Virus record (IMG/VR): IMGVR_UViG_3300001580_000018
Coordinates: 1 to 64,000 of that record
Strand: one strand, 5' to 3'
DNA: 64,000 nucleotides
DNA from: an uncultured virus (IMG/VR IMGVR_UViG_3300001580_000018)
Taxonomy: Duplodnaviria; Heunggongvirae; Uroviricota; Caudoviricetes
Below, one piece after another: positions 46,390 through 56,599 of this stretch. The position numbers and the translations under genes are program-made. The notes under the pieces are model-generated. The model was given only the letters and a program-made list of their open reading frames with translations. It was not told where the DNA came from and made no database searches. Numbering within the stretch: the stretch's first letter is position 1; each line of letters starts with the position of its first letter.

Positions 46390-47192
46390 CCACCGGTGCA
46401 CTGATTTTCGCCTACGACAACGAAAACATTGATTATCTATCAATGGCTGCGTGGTCCGCAGATAACATCCGTAGGCATTTGGGAATCCCTGTAGCAGTCG
46501 TCACCGATGTTGAAACTGATAAGTTAAAAAAGTTTGACAAGGTAATAATCAATCACAGGAGATCAGATTCATCGACTAGGAATTTTTCAGATGCCGGGTT
46601 GATAACTTGGCACAACACCAATCGTATGGATGCCTATAACCTCACGCCGTGGGATCGGACTTTGTTGCTAGATGCGGATTATGTAGTATCCAGCAGCGAT
46701 CTAACAAAAGTGCTAGAAGCGGATCAAGATTTGTTGTGCCACCAAACAGCGTATGATATTTCTTCACAGAATGATTTTTCGGGACTTAATTATTTTGGGT
46801 CGCATCACATGCCGATGTGGTGGGCTACAGTAGTGATGTTTCGTAAAAGTCAGCATGCTCGTCTGGTTTTTGAATCTATGTCCATGATAAGAGACCACTG
46901 GAAGCATTACGTCGATATCTATCACACTGGGAATTCTGTTTATCGAAATGATCATTCATTGACAATCGCATTGGGAATCGTCAGCGGACACACGCTAGAT
47001 CATCCCAGTATTCCTTGGTCGTTGGCCAGTGTGTTGCCCGAGCATGCTCTCTCGCAAATATCACAAGATCATTATCGTATTGATTTCACTGACAGCGAAA
47101 ATCGTCGTCGTTGGATTGAGATAAAAAATCAAGATTTCCATGCCATGGGCAAGAAACATCTAGGAGATATCATTGCCAAAAATCTTGCATGA
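46386..47192 (+). CDS. GT-A fold glycosyltransferase-like protein
   Basis: TPWDRTLLLDADY (DxD), WATVVMF, RND. Confidence 0.65.
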   Translation: MTTGALIFAYDNENIDYLSMAAWSADNIRRHLGIPVAVVTDVETDKLKKFDKVIINHRRSDSSTRNFSDAGLITWHNTNRMDAYNLTPWDRTLLLDADYVVSSSDLTKVLEADQDLLCHQTAYDISSQNDFSGLNYFGSHHMPMWWATVVMFRKSQHARLVFESMSMIRDHWKHYVDIYHTGNSVYRNDHSLTIALGIVSGHTLDHPSIPWSLASVLPEHALSQISQDHYRIDFTDSENRRRWIEIKNQDFHAMGKKHLGDIIAKNLA

Positions 47193-47910
47193 ACGCGGAT
47201 ATCTGATACCAGCGATAAATTCTGAATCCATAGATTACGAAATCTGTGCCCAACGCTTGATGGAATCTATCAAAGACTTCCATCCACATGCACACATCAC
47301 TATATTGACCAAGGACATGCTACCGTTTGGAGATCTCGGTGGATATGCCAACGACTGGCAGTGTTGGTATGCCAGTCCATATAGAGAGACTATCAAACTC
47401 GAAGCAGATATGCTGGCAGCATCTCCTATAGACCATTGGTGGACATTATTTGAAAAGCGCGATGTTGTTATCAGCCAGGGCGCCAGAGATTTTTATGGCG
47501 CAGTCACAGATTGCAGGACTTATCGTAAAATCTTTGATGACAATGGTCTGCCCGATGTGTATAATGCTATCACATATTGGAGAGTCAGCGAACATGCAAA
47601 AGAATTTTTTCTGTTGGTGAAGGACATCTTTGCGGATTGGAAAAATTATCGGAGATTACTTAAATTTCCAGAAGATCATCCCAGTACCGATGTAGTGTAT
47701 GCCATGGCTGCAATGATACTGGGCCCCGAAACATTGACCTTGCCAAAGGATCTGGGACCCAAGATCGTCCATATGAAACGCAAGATAATACACACAAAAT
47801 CAGAGGATTGGACCAAAGAATTGATCTGGGAAACCGATCCTCTCAGGATACAGACAGTGGCACAATGGGGATTCTTCCATTACCATGTCAAAGATTGGGT
47901 ACCAACATGA
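47173..47910 (+). CDS. GT-A fold glycosyltransferase-like protein (paralog of upstream gene)
   Basis: SPYRETIKLEADM, YNAITYW, STD, VHMK. Confidence 0.6.
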   Translation: MPKILHERGYLIPAINSESIDYEICAQRLMESIKDFHPHAHITILTKDMLPFGDLGGYANDWQCWYASPYRETIKLEADMLAASPIDHWWTLFEKRDVVISQGARDFYGAVTDCRTYRKIFDDNGLPDVYNAITYWRVSEHAKEFFLLVKDIFADWKNYRRLLKFPEDHPSTDVVYAMAAMILGPETLTLPKDLGPKIVHMKRKIIHTKSEDWTKELIWETDPLRIQTVAQWGFFHYHVKDWVPT

Positions 47911-48263
47911 GCGATCGCGAGACCACAGATAATTTTTGGGAAATCTTCAAGGATTTCCGTTGGCCCGAAGTTCGACCTGTGTTTTATAGGTGTTATTATC
48001 ATGACGATGGCACGCCTAATTTCTATACCATGGAAGATCTACCGGGTCAGTGGATCGAAGTTACCAAAGAAATTTATTTGATGTCGCCGTGCCATGCTCG
48101 TGTGATAGACGGAACATTAAAAATCTTTGAACCCAAGAAATTTATAAGTAAATTGAAACCCCATCAAAGTCAGGGAACACCCTGCGATCACAGAGATATA
48201 TGTGTGATATCTGATTCAGACAATAGTTTAAAATGGAAAAATTGCGAAAATGAGATCGATTGA
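47907..48263 (+). CDS. hypothetical protein
   Basis: ATG 47907 overlaps the upstream TGA; the 3' end overlaps the downstream gene. Confidence 0.7.
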   Translation: MSDRETTDNFWEIFKDFRWPEVRPVFYRCYYHDDGTPNFYTMEDLPGQWIEVTKEIYLMSPCHARVIDGTLKIFEPKKFISKLKPHQSQGTPCDHRDICVISDSDNSLKWKNCENEID

Positions 48264-49176
48264 CATAGCTGATCTTGATTGTATCTATCTCAGTTACGAC
48301 GAACCACACAAGGAAGAATTCTGGATCAAGATACGCAACATGGTACCGTGGGCCAAACGTGTGGATGGTGTCAAAGGGTCAGATGCCGCACACAAAGCAG
48401 CCGCGGCAGCCAGCGACACAGAACGCTTCATCCTCATCGATGGTGATAATCTGCCAGATGAAAAGTTTTTTAATCTTACCTTGGAGTTCCCTGATCAGCA
48501 ATGGGAGCAGGCAGTGTTCCGTTGGCGTGCTCGCAATCACATCAATGGTTTGATGTACGGCAACGGTGGACTGAGTTCGTGGACCCGAGAATTTGTGCTC
48601 AATATGAAGACACACGAAAACACTGACGGTCGCGACGAAACTGTGGTAGAATTTTGTTTTGATCCTTTGTATTGGGCCATGCATGATTGTTATTCAACCA
48701 CTTATCCCAACGGTTCGGCCAAACATGCCTGGCGTGCTGGATTCCGCGAAGGTGTCAAGATGTGTTTGGATGCAGGACGCAAACCCACAGTATCAGAGTT
48801 CCGAGATCGTGTGCACCGACGGAATCTCGATCATCTCACCATATGGCATAACGTCGGACGAGATGTTGATCACGGAGTCTGGACCATAGCTGGCGCACGT
48901 CAGGGAACTTATATGACCATGCTCACTGCTTGGGACTATCGAGAAGTACAGAGCTTTGATGCCTTGGAAGGTCTATGGAAAGAAGCAGAGAGCAATGGTC
49001 CTGATAATCTCGTTCTCGAGTACGAAGACGGGTTAAAAACACAACTAGATTTGCCCATGACTGTCATGGCAGCCCGAGAAAGTCAATTTTTTAAACATCA
49101 TTATCGCAGCAATTGGGTCAATCAAGGTATCATGATTCGAGAGATTGATGTGATACGGAGGCAAGAAGGATGGTAA
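48250..49176 (+). CDS. glycosyltransferase-like protein (GT-A, GT2-like)
   Basis: LSYDEP, RVDGVKG..AAHKAAA, FILIDGDN (DxD), YGNGG, AWRAGFREGVK. Confidence 0.65.
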   Translation: MRSIDIADLDCIYLSYDEPHKEEFWIKIRNMVPWAKRVDGVKGSDAAHKAAAAASDTERFILIDGDNLPDEKFFNLTLEFPDQQWEQAVFRWRARNHINGLMYGNGGLSSWTREFVLNMKTHENTDGRDETVVEFCFDPLYWAMHDCYSTTYPNGSAKHAWRAGFREGVKMCLDAGRKPTVSEFRDRVHRRNLDHLTIWHNVGRDVDHGVWTIAGARQGTYMTMLTAWDYREVQSFDALEGLWKEAESNGPDNLVLEYEDGLKTQLDLPMTVMAARESQFFKHHYRSNWVNQGIMIREIDVIRRQEGW

Positions 49177-50234
49177 ATTGGAGTCCGGTAAATGTAAATC
49201 CTAAAACTTTTAATATGGATAAAGTATTAGGATTCGAAATAACAGATATTATTAACAGTAAATGTTCTGAGGATACGTATGTTCTTTTGAATGTTTGTTT
49301 TAATAGTTTACGAAACCAAAATATATCAATACCATCTGGCTATAATCGATACATCCTGGGATTTTGGTTTGAAGTATTTGAAGAGGATAGCTTTTTACAG
49401 TTATACAACAACAATCCAAATTCTGAATTTATTATATTAACAGATTTAGATGCCAAGGCATTCGACCCGTTGGATCGATGCCGTGTTATAAATTTTTATC
49501 ATTATAAATGGTATACAGAAAATATGATTGTATCTCCAGTTGACTGGAAAGGAAAAAAATATAAATTAAGTAGTCTCAGTAACAGAATAACCGAATTTAG
49601 ATATTATATAACAGCCAAACTATTAAATTCTCAAGATGTTTATCTTACTTGGAATTTATATGATATCGGAGCCGACATAAACTACATATTTGATCCTGCT
49701 GGATCACTAAAAAGAGATGAGTTATTAAAAAAAACAAAAGATCGTCTTAAAGAAAAAATCAATTCTGAAATATTTCAAAATGATCCAATATCAAATATGC
49801 AATCGGGATCTCATCCGGCTTATAGTTTATCATTGGTTAATTGTATAAATGAAACCAAGGATGTTTCCTGGACTCCAAATTTTGGAATTTCTCCGGCACC
49901 CTATCTGACAGAAAAAACTTGGAAACCTTTGTTTTTTGGCAATGCTTTGATATTTTCCGGTCAGGCCAATACAAAATCTCATCTTGAAAAAATCGGATTT
50001 AAATTTAATTACCCATGGCCCAACCACTATGATAGTCAGATTGGTGATCTTGAACGCCTCGAAACAATTCTTGATACCATCGATCTGATTTTAAAATTAG
50101 ACTTGGATGAAATAGCGGTGGGAATTCGAGAATCAGTTGAGCACAATCAACATATTATTTTAGATAAAATTTTAATAAAATGGGTAAACTGCCAGAATAA
50201 TGGTGGATTAGAAATTTTAGATAAGGTATTGTAA
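49170..50234 (+). CDS. hypothetical protein with C-terminal ET...TEK..KP motif (glycosyltransferase-like)
   Basis: NET...YLTEKTWKP...GF...YD...R...HNQ; strongly AT-rich. Confidence 0.55.
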   Translation: MVNWSPVNVNPKTFNMDKVLGFEITDIINSKCSEDTYVLLNVCFNSLRNQNISIPSGYNRYILGFWFEVFEEDSFLQLYNNNPNSEFIILTDLDAKAFDPLDRCRVINFYHYKWYTENMIVSPVDWKGKKYKLSSLSNRITEFRYYITAKLLNSQDVYLTWNLYDIGADINYIFDPAGSLKRDELLKKTKDRLKEKINSEIFQNDPISNMQSGSHPAYSLSLVNCINETKDVSWTPNFGISPAPYLTEKTWKPLFFGNALIFSGQANTKSHLEKIGFKFNYPWPNHYDSQIGDLERLETILDTIDLILKLDLDEIAVGIRESVEHNQHIILDKILIKWVNCQNNGGLEILDKVL

Positions 50235-50286
50235 ATGGCCGAGAAAATTAAAAATGATTTGAATAATCCGGGTCAATTAAAATATC

Positions 50287-51678
50287 ATGTCTGATAAATC
50301 AAACAAAAGTAATTTTTTGTCAGATGCAGAAAGAATGAAACAACAATTAGGCCATTCCTTGTGCTTGGCCAAATGGAAACAAGTCAGTCTACATCTTACC
50401 ACTGGCATGAACAACAGTTGTTATCATCCTCCTTTGCATAGGATCTCTGTAGAAGAGATTGGACGCAATCCCGGCGCACTGCATAATACTGCCCATAAAA
50501 AAGAACAACGCCAGATGATGTTGCGCGGTGAGCGCCCAGCAGAATGCCAATACTGTTGGAATATGGAAGATCTTGGTCAAATGAGTGATCGCCATTATCG
50601 GTCAGGCGAGCCCTGGGCCGCTGTAGATTTTGATCGTATCGCAAATTCCTCAGGAGATGAAGATGATGTTGTCCCTAGCTATGTGGAAGTTAATTTTAAT
50701 AACGCTTGTAACCTTGCCTGTAGTTATTGCAGTCCACAATACTCATCGACGTGGGCTCAAGAAGTCGAACGACATGGCGGTTATCCTACTCACGTTATTC
50801 ATAACGATCCTGCTCATTTCGCCGGTGATCGTCGTGTTATACCTAATCGAGAGCATAATCCCTATGTAGAAGCCTTCTGGCAATGGTGGCCTACGTTATA
50901 TCCAAAGCTGAGACATTTCCGCATGACCGGTGGCGAGCCACTCATGGACAAGAACACATACAAGATTTTTGACTATGTGCTGGCCATGCCCAAGCCCGAT
51001 TTGCATCTCAATGTCACCAGCAATTTCTCAGTGGAAGAAAAACTCTGGGAGAAATATCTGGAGTATACCAAGAGATTGTGCGCGACCAACATCGAACACT
51101 TCATGCAATATGTCAGCATTGACAGTGGTTATCTTGCACATGCCGAATACATCAGGCATGGATTAAATGCGCACTTGTGTCTAACAAGATGCTACAATTG
51201 GTTAGATGAAATACCCGGACGTAACAGTCTCACGTTTATTATTACCATGAATAACCTATCAGTATTGGGGTTACAAAAACTCCTGGAAGCTATATTAGAT
51301 TTGCGTCGTAGATTCAGCAACACATATCAGCGTGTGTGGTTTGACACTCCGGTATTGCGGCAACCTGCCTGGCAGAGCTTACAGATCCTGCCCGAAAGTT
51401 ATGCAGCCATATTAGAGCGCACTGCTGATTGGATGGAGATGAATATTGAAACTCCAGATGATCCTTTCCATGGTTTTAAAGACTTTGAAGTCCAGCGGCT
51501 GCGCCGTGACATTGCCTGGATGCGAGAAGGACAGAAGCGCGATAACATCTCAGAGAAGGCCGACTTTTATAGATTTTTTGCAGAACATGATCGCCGTCGG
51601 GGAACTAACTTTTTGAATACATTTCCGCAGATGCGACAATGGTGGGAGGAATGTAAAACACATGCTCAATGGTCGTAG
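50287..51678 (+). CDS. radical SAM protein with N-terminal twitch-like Cys domain
   Basis: CLAKW..SCYH, CQYCW, CNLACSYC, TGGEP. Confidence 0.9.
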   Translation: MSDKSNKSNFLSDAERMKQQLGHSLCLAKWKQVSLHLTTGMNNSCYHPPLHRISVEEIGRNPGALHNTAHKKEQRQMMLRGERPAECQYCWNMEDLGQMSDRHYRSGEPWAAVDFDRIANSSGDEDDVVPSYVEVNFNNACNLACSYCSPQYSSTWAQEVERHGGYPTHVIHNDPAHFAGDRRVIPNREHNPYVEAFWQWWPTLYPKLRHFRMTGGEPLMDKNTYKIFDYVLAMPKPDLHLNVTSNFSVEEKLWEKYLEYTKRLCATNIEHFMQYVSIDSGYLAHAEYIRHGLNAHLCLTRCYNWLDEIPGRNSLTFIITMNNLSVLGLQKLLEAILDLRRRFSNTYQRVWFDTPVLRQPAWQSLQILPESYAAILERTADWMEMNIETPDDPFHGFKDFEVQRLRRDIAWMREGQKRDNISEKADFYRFFAEHDRRRGTNFLNTFPQMRQWWEECKTHAQWS

Positions 51679-52798
51679 ATTGATAATAGATACCATGAGC
51701 GAAGTCTACGAGGAATTACTTCCTTATCGAGATCATGAATTTTGGAATTTTTCCGAACATCATCCCATACCCGATTCGATCTATATAGTAGGCAGGCAAC
51801 AGGTAGTAGAAAACACAGAAAAATTCAGATCTCTGTCGCGAGATCCTCGGTACACGATGATTTTTGATAACTCTGCCGAAGGATCCAGTACCTTTGTCCT
51901 ACAATTGCAGAGGATGAGACTAGACGACCTTGCGATAGAAAAAAAATTATTATTGATATCGGGCGGAGAAATGGAATCTCGTTATCCTTATATTTTGCAC
52001 GATCATTTTTTGCGTAGGATATTGGATTATGATGAGAATCTCGACGTGATATCAAGATCACAAGTTATATTTGATAAACTTGATAAACCTTATAAATTTT
52101 TATTTTTAAACGGAAGAGCACGCCCGCATCGCAAATATCTTTGGGAAAGATTCAGCGAAATTGGATTGATAGATCAATCTATTTGGACCATGTTAGACAA
52201 TAATCCAACACCGTCGAGGCATTTTGATCTTATAAAAAATGGCAAAGATGTCATGTCTACCTCAACTCCGATACGTCATTTGGATCCAATGTATGAAGTA
52301 AAGCTATTTGAAAATCCTGATATTCCATCTATATCCTTGGAAAAAACATTCATAAAAAATGAATTGTTTAACAACCTCTGGGGAGAAATTTATTTGCGAC
52401 TGGAGCCGTATGCAGACACTTATTTCAGTGTAGTGACCGAAACGGTATTCGATTACCCTTTTAGTTTCAGGACAGAAAAAATAGCTAAACCACTGGCGAT
52501 AGGACATCCTTGGATAGTAGCATCCAACGCCGGGTTTTACCGTGATATAAGGAATCTGGGATTCAGAACCTTTGATGGAATCATTGATGAAAGTTTTGAT
52601 AACCTAGACAATCACCAGGATCGCATGGATCGCATCGTCAAAATAGTTGAAGATTTGTGCAGGCAAGATCTTGTTGGTTTCTTAGCTGCCTGCAAAGATA
52701 TCTGTAAATACAATCAACAACATCTCGCCGAGATTTCTCAACAAATCAAAAATCAATTTCCGGATAGATTCCAGAAATTCCTTGAAGAACATGAATGA
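51662..52798 (+). CDS. hypothetical protein with C-terminal TET...TEK..KP motif (glycosyltransferase-like)
   Basis: FLFLNGRARPHR, YFSVVTET, RTEKIAKP, GFRTF..IIDESFD, YNQ. Confidence 0.6.
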   Translation: MLNGRRLIIDTMSEVYEELLPYRDHEFWNFSEHHPIPDSIYIVGRQQVVENTEKFRSLSRDPRYTMIFDNSAEGSSTFVLQLQRMRLDDLAIEKKLLLISGGEMESRYPYILHDHFLRRILDYDENLDVISRSQVIFDKLDKPYKFLFLNGRARPHRKYLWERFSEIGLIDQSIWTMLDNNPTPSRHFDLIKNGKDVMSTSTPIRHLDPMYEVKLFENPDIPSISLEKTFIKNELFNNLWGEIYLRLEPYADTYFSVVTETVFDYPFSFRTEKIAKPLAIGHPWIVASNAGFYRDIRNLGFRTFDGIIDESFDNLDNHQDRMDRIVKIVEDLCRQDLVGFLAACKDICKYNQQHLAEISQQIKNQFPDRFQKFLEEHE

Positions 52799-54131
52799 TT
52801 CAGAATTCCGACAACAGATACTAGATCCTATATCTGCCAGTTTTTGTGGTGCTAAATGGTATAACGCTACTATATGGTTGGGATCGGGAATGACCACTAG
52901 TTGTCACCATCCCCCGGCACATAAAGTTTCAGTAGAAGATGTGCAACTTAATCCTCGAGCACTACATAATACTCCTGAAAAAAAAGATGATCGTGCAAAA
53001 ATGCAACGTGGTGAGAGACCTACAGGATGTGAATATTGTTGGAAGATCGAAGACATGGGCAGTGATGCTGTCAGCGATCGAGTTTATAAAAGCAAGATAT
53101 ATCCCATAGAATCTCTCCAGCAAGCCTCCTCTATGCTAGTGGAACTAGACGTTAATTTAAAAACTCTGGAGATTTCGTTTGATCGCACCTGTCAGTTTGC
53201 CTGTAGTTATTGTAATCCGGCATTTAGTTCTACCTGGGTGCGAGATATCAAAAAAAACGGATCTTATACCAATTTAGTATCAGATGGACGCAATCATTTT
53301 ACCCACTCTCACGACAGCGCCCAACTTTACACCATCAACGAACGCAATCCTTATGTAGATGCATTTTTCCGTTGGTGGGAAAGTGATTTGCATAAAACAC
53401 TAGACGAATTGCGTATCACCGGTGGAGAACCATTGATGTCGGGTTACACTTGGCAACTGATAGATTGGTTCAGAAACAATCCTGGCCGCAGCCGCACACG
53501 TTTGGCCATCAATTCAAATCTTGGCATGGAATGGAATCAAATCCAGCGACTTTTGGACAGCTGCCAAGGCATAGAGTTAGATCTTTATACATCTAACGAA
53601 GCCATGGATGATCAAGCAGAGTACATCCGAGATGGTCTAGATTTTGGACAGTGGTATTCTAATGTAGTAAGGCTCATGGAGAGCAAACGATTGCGTGGGC
53701 TTCACGTGATGTGTACAATCAATGCTCTTTGCTTAGAAAGTCTTCCAGAATTTTTAGATCTCATGGTAGGATGCAAAAAACGCTACGGCAGAGAGTTTCC
53801 TAATTTTACTTTGAACATCTTGCGTTTTCCCAGTTTTCAGAGCCCACTGGTGCTGCCCGACGATATACGCGAATACCATAGGAAGCGATTAATTGATTGG
53901 ATGATATGCCACAAAGGTGGCAATTATTTGCAAGAACATGAAATCCATCACGTGCAAAGATTGATAGATTATCTTGACATAGTCAAGACCCCGCACAGCG
54001 ATGCTTTTGATATGCCAAAATTGCATAATGATTTCCGCCAGTTTTATCAACAATATGATCAACGCCGCGATAAAGATTTCCACAAAACATTTCCTAACCT
54101 AACAACATGGTATGACTCAATATCAATATAA
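52791..54131 (+). CDS. radical SAM protein with N-terminal twitch-like Cys domain
   Basis: CGAKW..SCHH, CEYCW, CQFACSYC, TGGEP; closest paralog of 50287. Start placed at ATG 52791. Confidence 0.9.
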   Translation: MNDSEFRQQILDPISASFCGAKWYNATIWLGSGMTTSCHHPPAHKVSVEDVQLNPRALHNTPEKKDDRAKMQRGERPTGCEYCWKIEDMGSDAVSDRVYKSKIYPIESLQQASSMLVELDVNLKTLEISFDRTCQFACSYCNPAFSSTWVRDIKKNGSYTNLVSDGRNHFTHSHDSAQLYTINERNPYVDAFFRWWESDLHKTLDELRITGGEPLMSGYTWQLIDWFRNNPGRSRTRLAINSNLGMEWNQIQRLLDSCQGIELDLYTSNEAMDDQAEYIRDGLDFGQWYSNVVRLMESKRLRGLHVMCTINALCLESLPEFLDLMVGCKKRYGREFPNFTLNILRFPSFQSPLVLPDDIREYHRKRLIDWMICHKGGNYLQEHEIHHVQRLIDYLDIVKTPHSDAFDMPKLHNDFRQFYQQYDQRRDKDFHKTFPNLTTWYDSISI

Positions 54132-55413
54132 TAGTGCAGACCTAGTGAAGCCCATAGAGCTCACTGAACGAGAGAGGTTCCTGCTCGCAGACAGCAAGAC
54201 ATTTTGTATCTATCCTTGGATACACTTACATGCTTATCCCACCGGAGAGGCCTACCCTTGCTGCCATGCTGAAATGAAAGTGGGCCGGATTGGTGATTGT
54301 CGTCAAAACAGCCTTGTTGAGATCTGGAACAGTCCTGAGCAACGAAAACTTAGATTAGATATGTTGAATGAAACACCTAATCCTGCCTGCGGGCGTTGTT
54401 ATGAACAAGAGTCTGCGGGATTTTTTAGTGGTAGGAAAAGCGCCAACAAACACCACGGACATCACGTCAAGAGAATACATTCCACCGACAAAACAGGGCG
54501 CACAGATCAGTTTGAAATGACCTATTGGGATATACGTTTCAGTAATCTCTGCAATCTTAGTTGCCGTAGTTGTGGACACATCTTTTCAAGTTCCTGGTAT
54601 CAAGACCAGGTGAAATTAGCCGGAACTGATTGGGCTCGGGAAAATAAACCTTTGAACATCGCAGGCCGATCGCATCAAGACATGTGGAAGCAATTATTGC
54701 CACATCTGGACTATGTGGAACAGATCTATTTTGCTGGCGGTGAACCATTGATGATGGACGAGCACTATCACATCCTTGAAGAACTGGAACGTCGAGAGAG
54801 GTTTGACGTGCGATTGATCTATAATACTAATTTTACTCAAGTCAAGCTCAAAAATCGATATGTGTTTGATTATTGGAAAAAGTTCAAGAGCGTAGCTGTG
54901 GGGGCCAGCCTGGATGCCATGGGCCCTCGCGCCGAATATATACGGAAAGGCACAGATTGGTTCACAGTGGAAGAAAATCGCCGCAGGATGATGGCCACTT
55001 GCCCCAATGTAGATTTCTATATCAGTCCCACTCTCAGCATCATGAACGCATGGCATCTGCCAGATTTCCACAGGGATTGGGTAGATAAAGGACTTATACG
55101 GCCACAAGACCTCAATGTCAACATTCTTCAAGATCCTGCACACTACCGTATAGATATCGCGCCAATGGCATATAAGCAAAGATTGCGACTCAAGTTCGAG
55201 GAGCATCTTGAATGGCTGCGTTCTCGGGATCCTTTACAACGTGCTACCGTGGGATTTGAATCTGCCATTAAATTCATGATGGAAACCGATAAAACACATT
55301 TATTGCCCAAGTTTAAAGAAAAGATCGCACAGTTAGATACTATCCGAGGAGAATTTTTATTAAAGGCGATTCCTGAGCTTGAACCTTTATACTATGAAAA
55401 TACCACACGATAA
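54112..55413 (+). CDS. radical SAM protein with N-terminal twitch/SPASM-like domain
   Basis: CIYPW..PCC, CGRCY, CNLSCRSC, AGGEP, YNTN. Confidence 0.9.
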   Translation: MTQYQYNSADLVKPIELTERERFLLADSKTFCIYPWIHLHAYPTGEAYPCCHAEMKVGRIGDCRQNSLVEIWNSPEQRKLRLDMLNETPNPACGRCYEQESAGFFSGRKSANKHHGHHVKRIHSTDKTGRTDQFEMTYWDIRFSNLCNLSCRSCGHIFSSSWYQDQVKLAGTDWARENKPLNIAGRSHQDMWKQLLPHLDYVEQIYFAGGEPLMMDEHYHILEELERRERFDVRLIYNTNFTQVKLKNRYVFDYWKKFKSVAVGASLDAMGPRAEYIRKGTDWFTVEENRRRMMATCPNVDFYISPTLSIMNAWHLPDFHRDWVDKGLIRPQDLNVNILQDPAHYRIDIAPMAYKQRLRLKFEEHLEWLRSRDPLQRATVGFESAIKFMMETDKTHLLPKFKEKIAQLDTIRGEFLLKAIPELEPLYYENTTR

Positions 55414-56599
55414 ATTTTGTGTATTGCCCTGGGTGAGCCTGGAAACCAGTCCTGTTGGAACAGTGCGGCCGTGTTGTTTGGCCGATCACGAGATCACTGA
55501 TGAATCAGGCAAAAAAATTTCTCTGGGTCAACGATCTTTTGATGATATTCGCAACAGCAGTTATATGAGAAAATTACGCCAGCAATTTTTAATAGCCGAA
55601 GAGCCCGAAACCTGTCGTCGTTGCTGGTCGGAAGAAAATTCTGGGCGTACCAGTAAAAGGATGCATACATTGGATCGTCTCAAGCACATGATCACTGACG
55701 AACAATGGACCGAGGACGCCAAACCATTGATGTTCCTGGACCTTAAATTGGGAAATATCTGCAATCTCAAATGCCGAATCTGTGGATCGTGGAGTTCTAG
55801 TACGTTTGCTGCCGAGGAGATACGTTATCAAAAAAATAAAAAAGATAATTTCCATTATGAGATGATGACACTGGGCCGATGGCCCAGAGAGGAACAACAG
55901 TTCTGGCAGGACTTAGAGAATAATATGTCTCAGCTGCGTTATCTAGAGTTTACCGGCGGTGAACCATTTATGATACAAGAACATTTTGACCTGTTAAAAA
56001 AATTAGCAGACCGTGGTCATGCCGGGAATATTGAAATACATTATAATACCAATGGTACGATATTCCCCGATGGGGCTGAAGAAATTTGGTGTCATTTCAA
56101 ACGTGTAGAAATAGCATTCAGCATAGATGATGTTGGCAAGAGATTTGAATATCAGCGATCCAATGCACAGTGGGAAGATGTTAATGCCAATATCGAGAAG
56201 TTTCGAGAAATACGTGGTCGAAATAATAACATCAGTCTACAAGTTTGTACCACAGTAAATGTGTTTAACATTTTTTATCTCGAAGATGTGGCATCATGGA
56301 TAGATCAACAAAGGTTTGATTTTGTTTATTGGAATATGTTGCACGATGCACCTCAATTCTGCATTGCCAATCTACCACGCAAGGCCAAGGATCTGGCAGA
56401 AGCTACGCTACGAAACGCTAAATTTTCCCCCAGAAATCGTGTAGAGATATTGCGTATAATAGAGTTTATGCAACAGGGACTCAATGATTTTAGCGAAACA
56501 TTGAGGCAAAGCATAGCACAGTTAGATCAACGGCGAGAACAAGATCTATCGATAGTCGAGCCAGAACTGGCAAGAGCCATTGATTATGTCAAAATCTGA
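55394..56599 (+). CDS. radical SAM protein with N-terminal twitch/SPASM-like domain
   Basis: CVLPW..PCC, CRRCW, CNLKCRIC, TGGEP, YNTNG. Start placed at ATG 55394. Confidence 0.9.
   Translation: MKIPHDKFCVLPWVSLETSPVGTVRPCCLADHEITDESGKKISLGQRSFDDIRNSSYMRKLRQQFLIAEEPETCRRCWSEENSGRTSKRMHTLDRLKHMITDEQWTEDAKPLMFLDLKLGNICNLKCRICGSWSSSTFAAEEIRYQKNKKDNFHYEMMTLGRWPREEQQFWQDLENNMSQLRYLEFTGGEPFMIQEHFDLLKKLADRGHAGNIEIHYNTNGTIFPDGAEEIWCHFKRVEIAFSIDDVGKRFEYQRSNAQWEDVNANIEKFREIRGRNNNISLQVCTTVNVFNIFYLEDVASWIDQQRFDFVYWNMLHDAPQFCIANLPRKAKDLAEATLRNAKFSPRNRVEILRIIEFMQQGLNDFSETLRQSIAQLDQRREQDLSIVEPELARAIDYVKI

Noticed and set aside
50235..50294. 19-codon ORF between the TEK-motif gene and the first radical SAM gene
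   Set aside because: Too short to support; may be a scar from cassette insertion.
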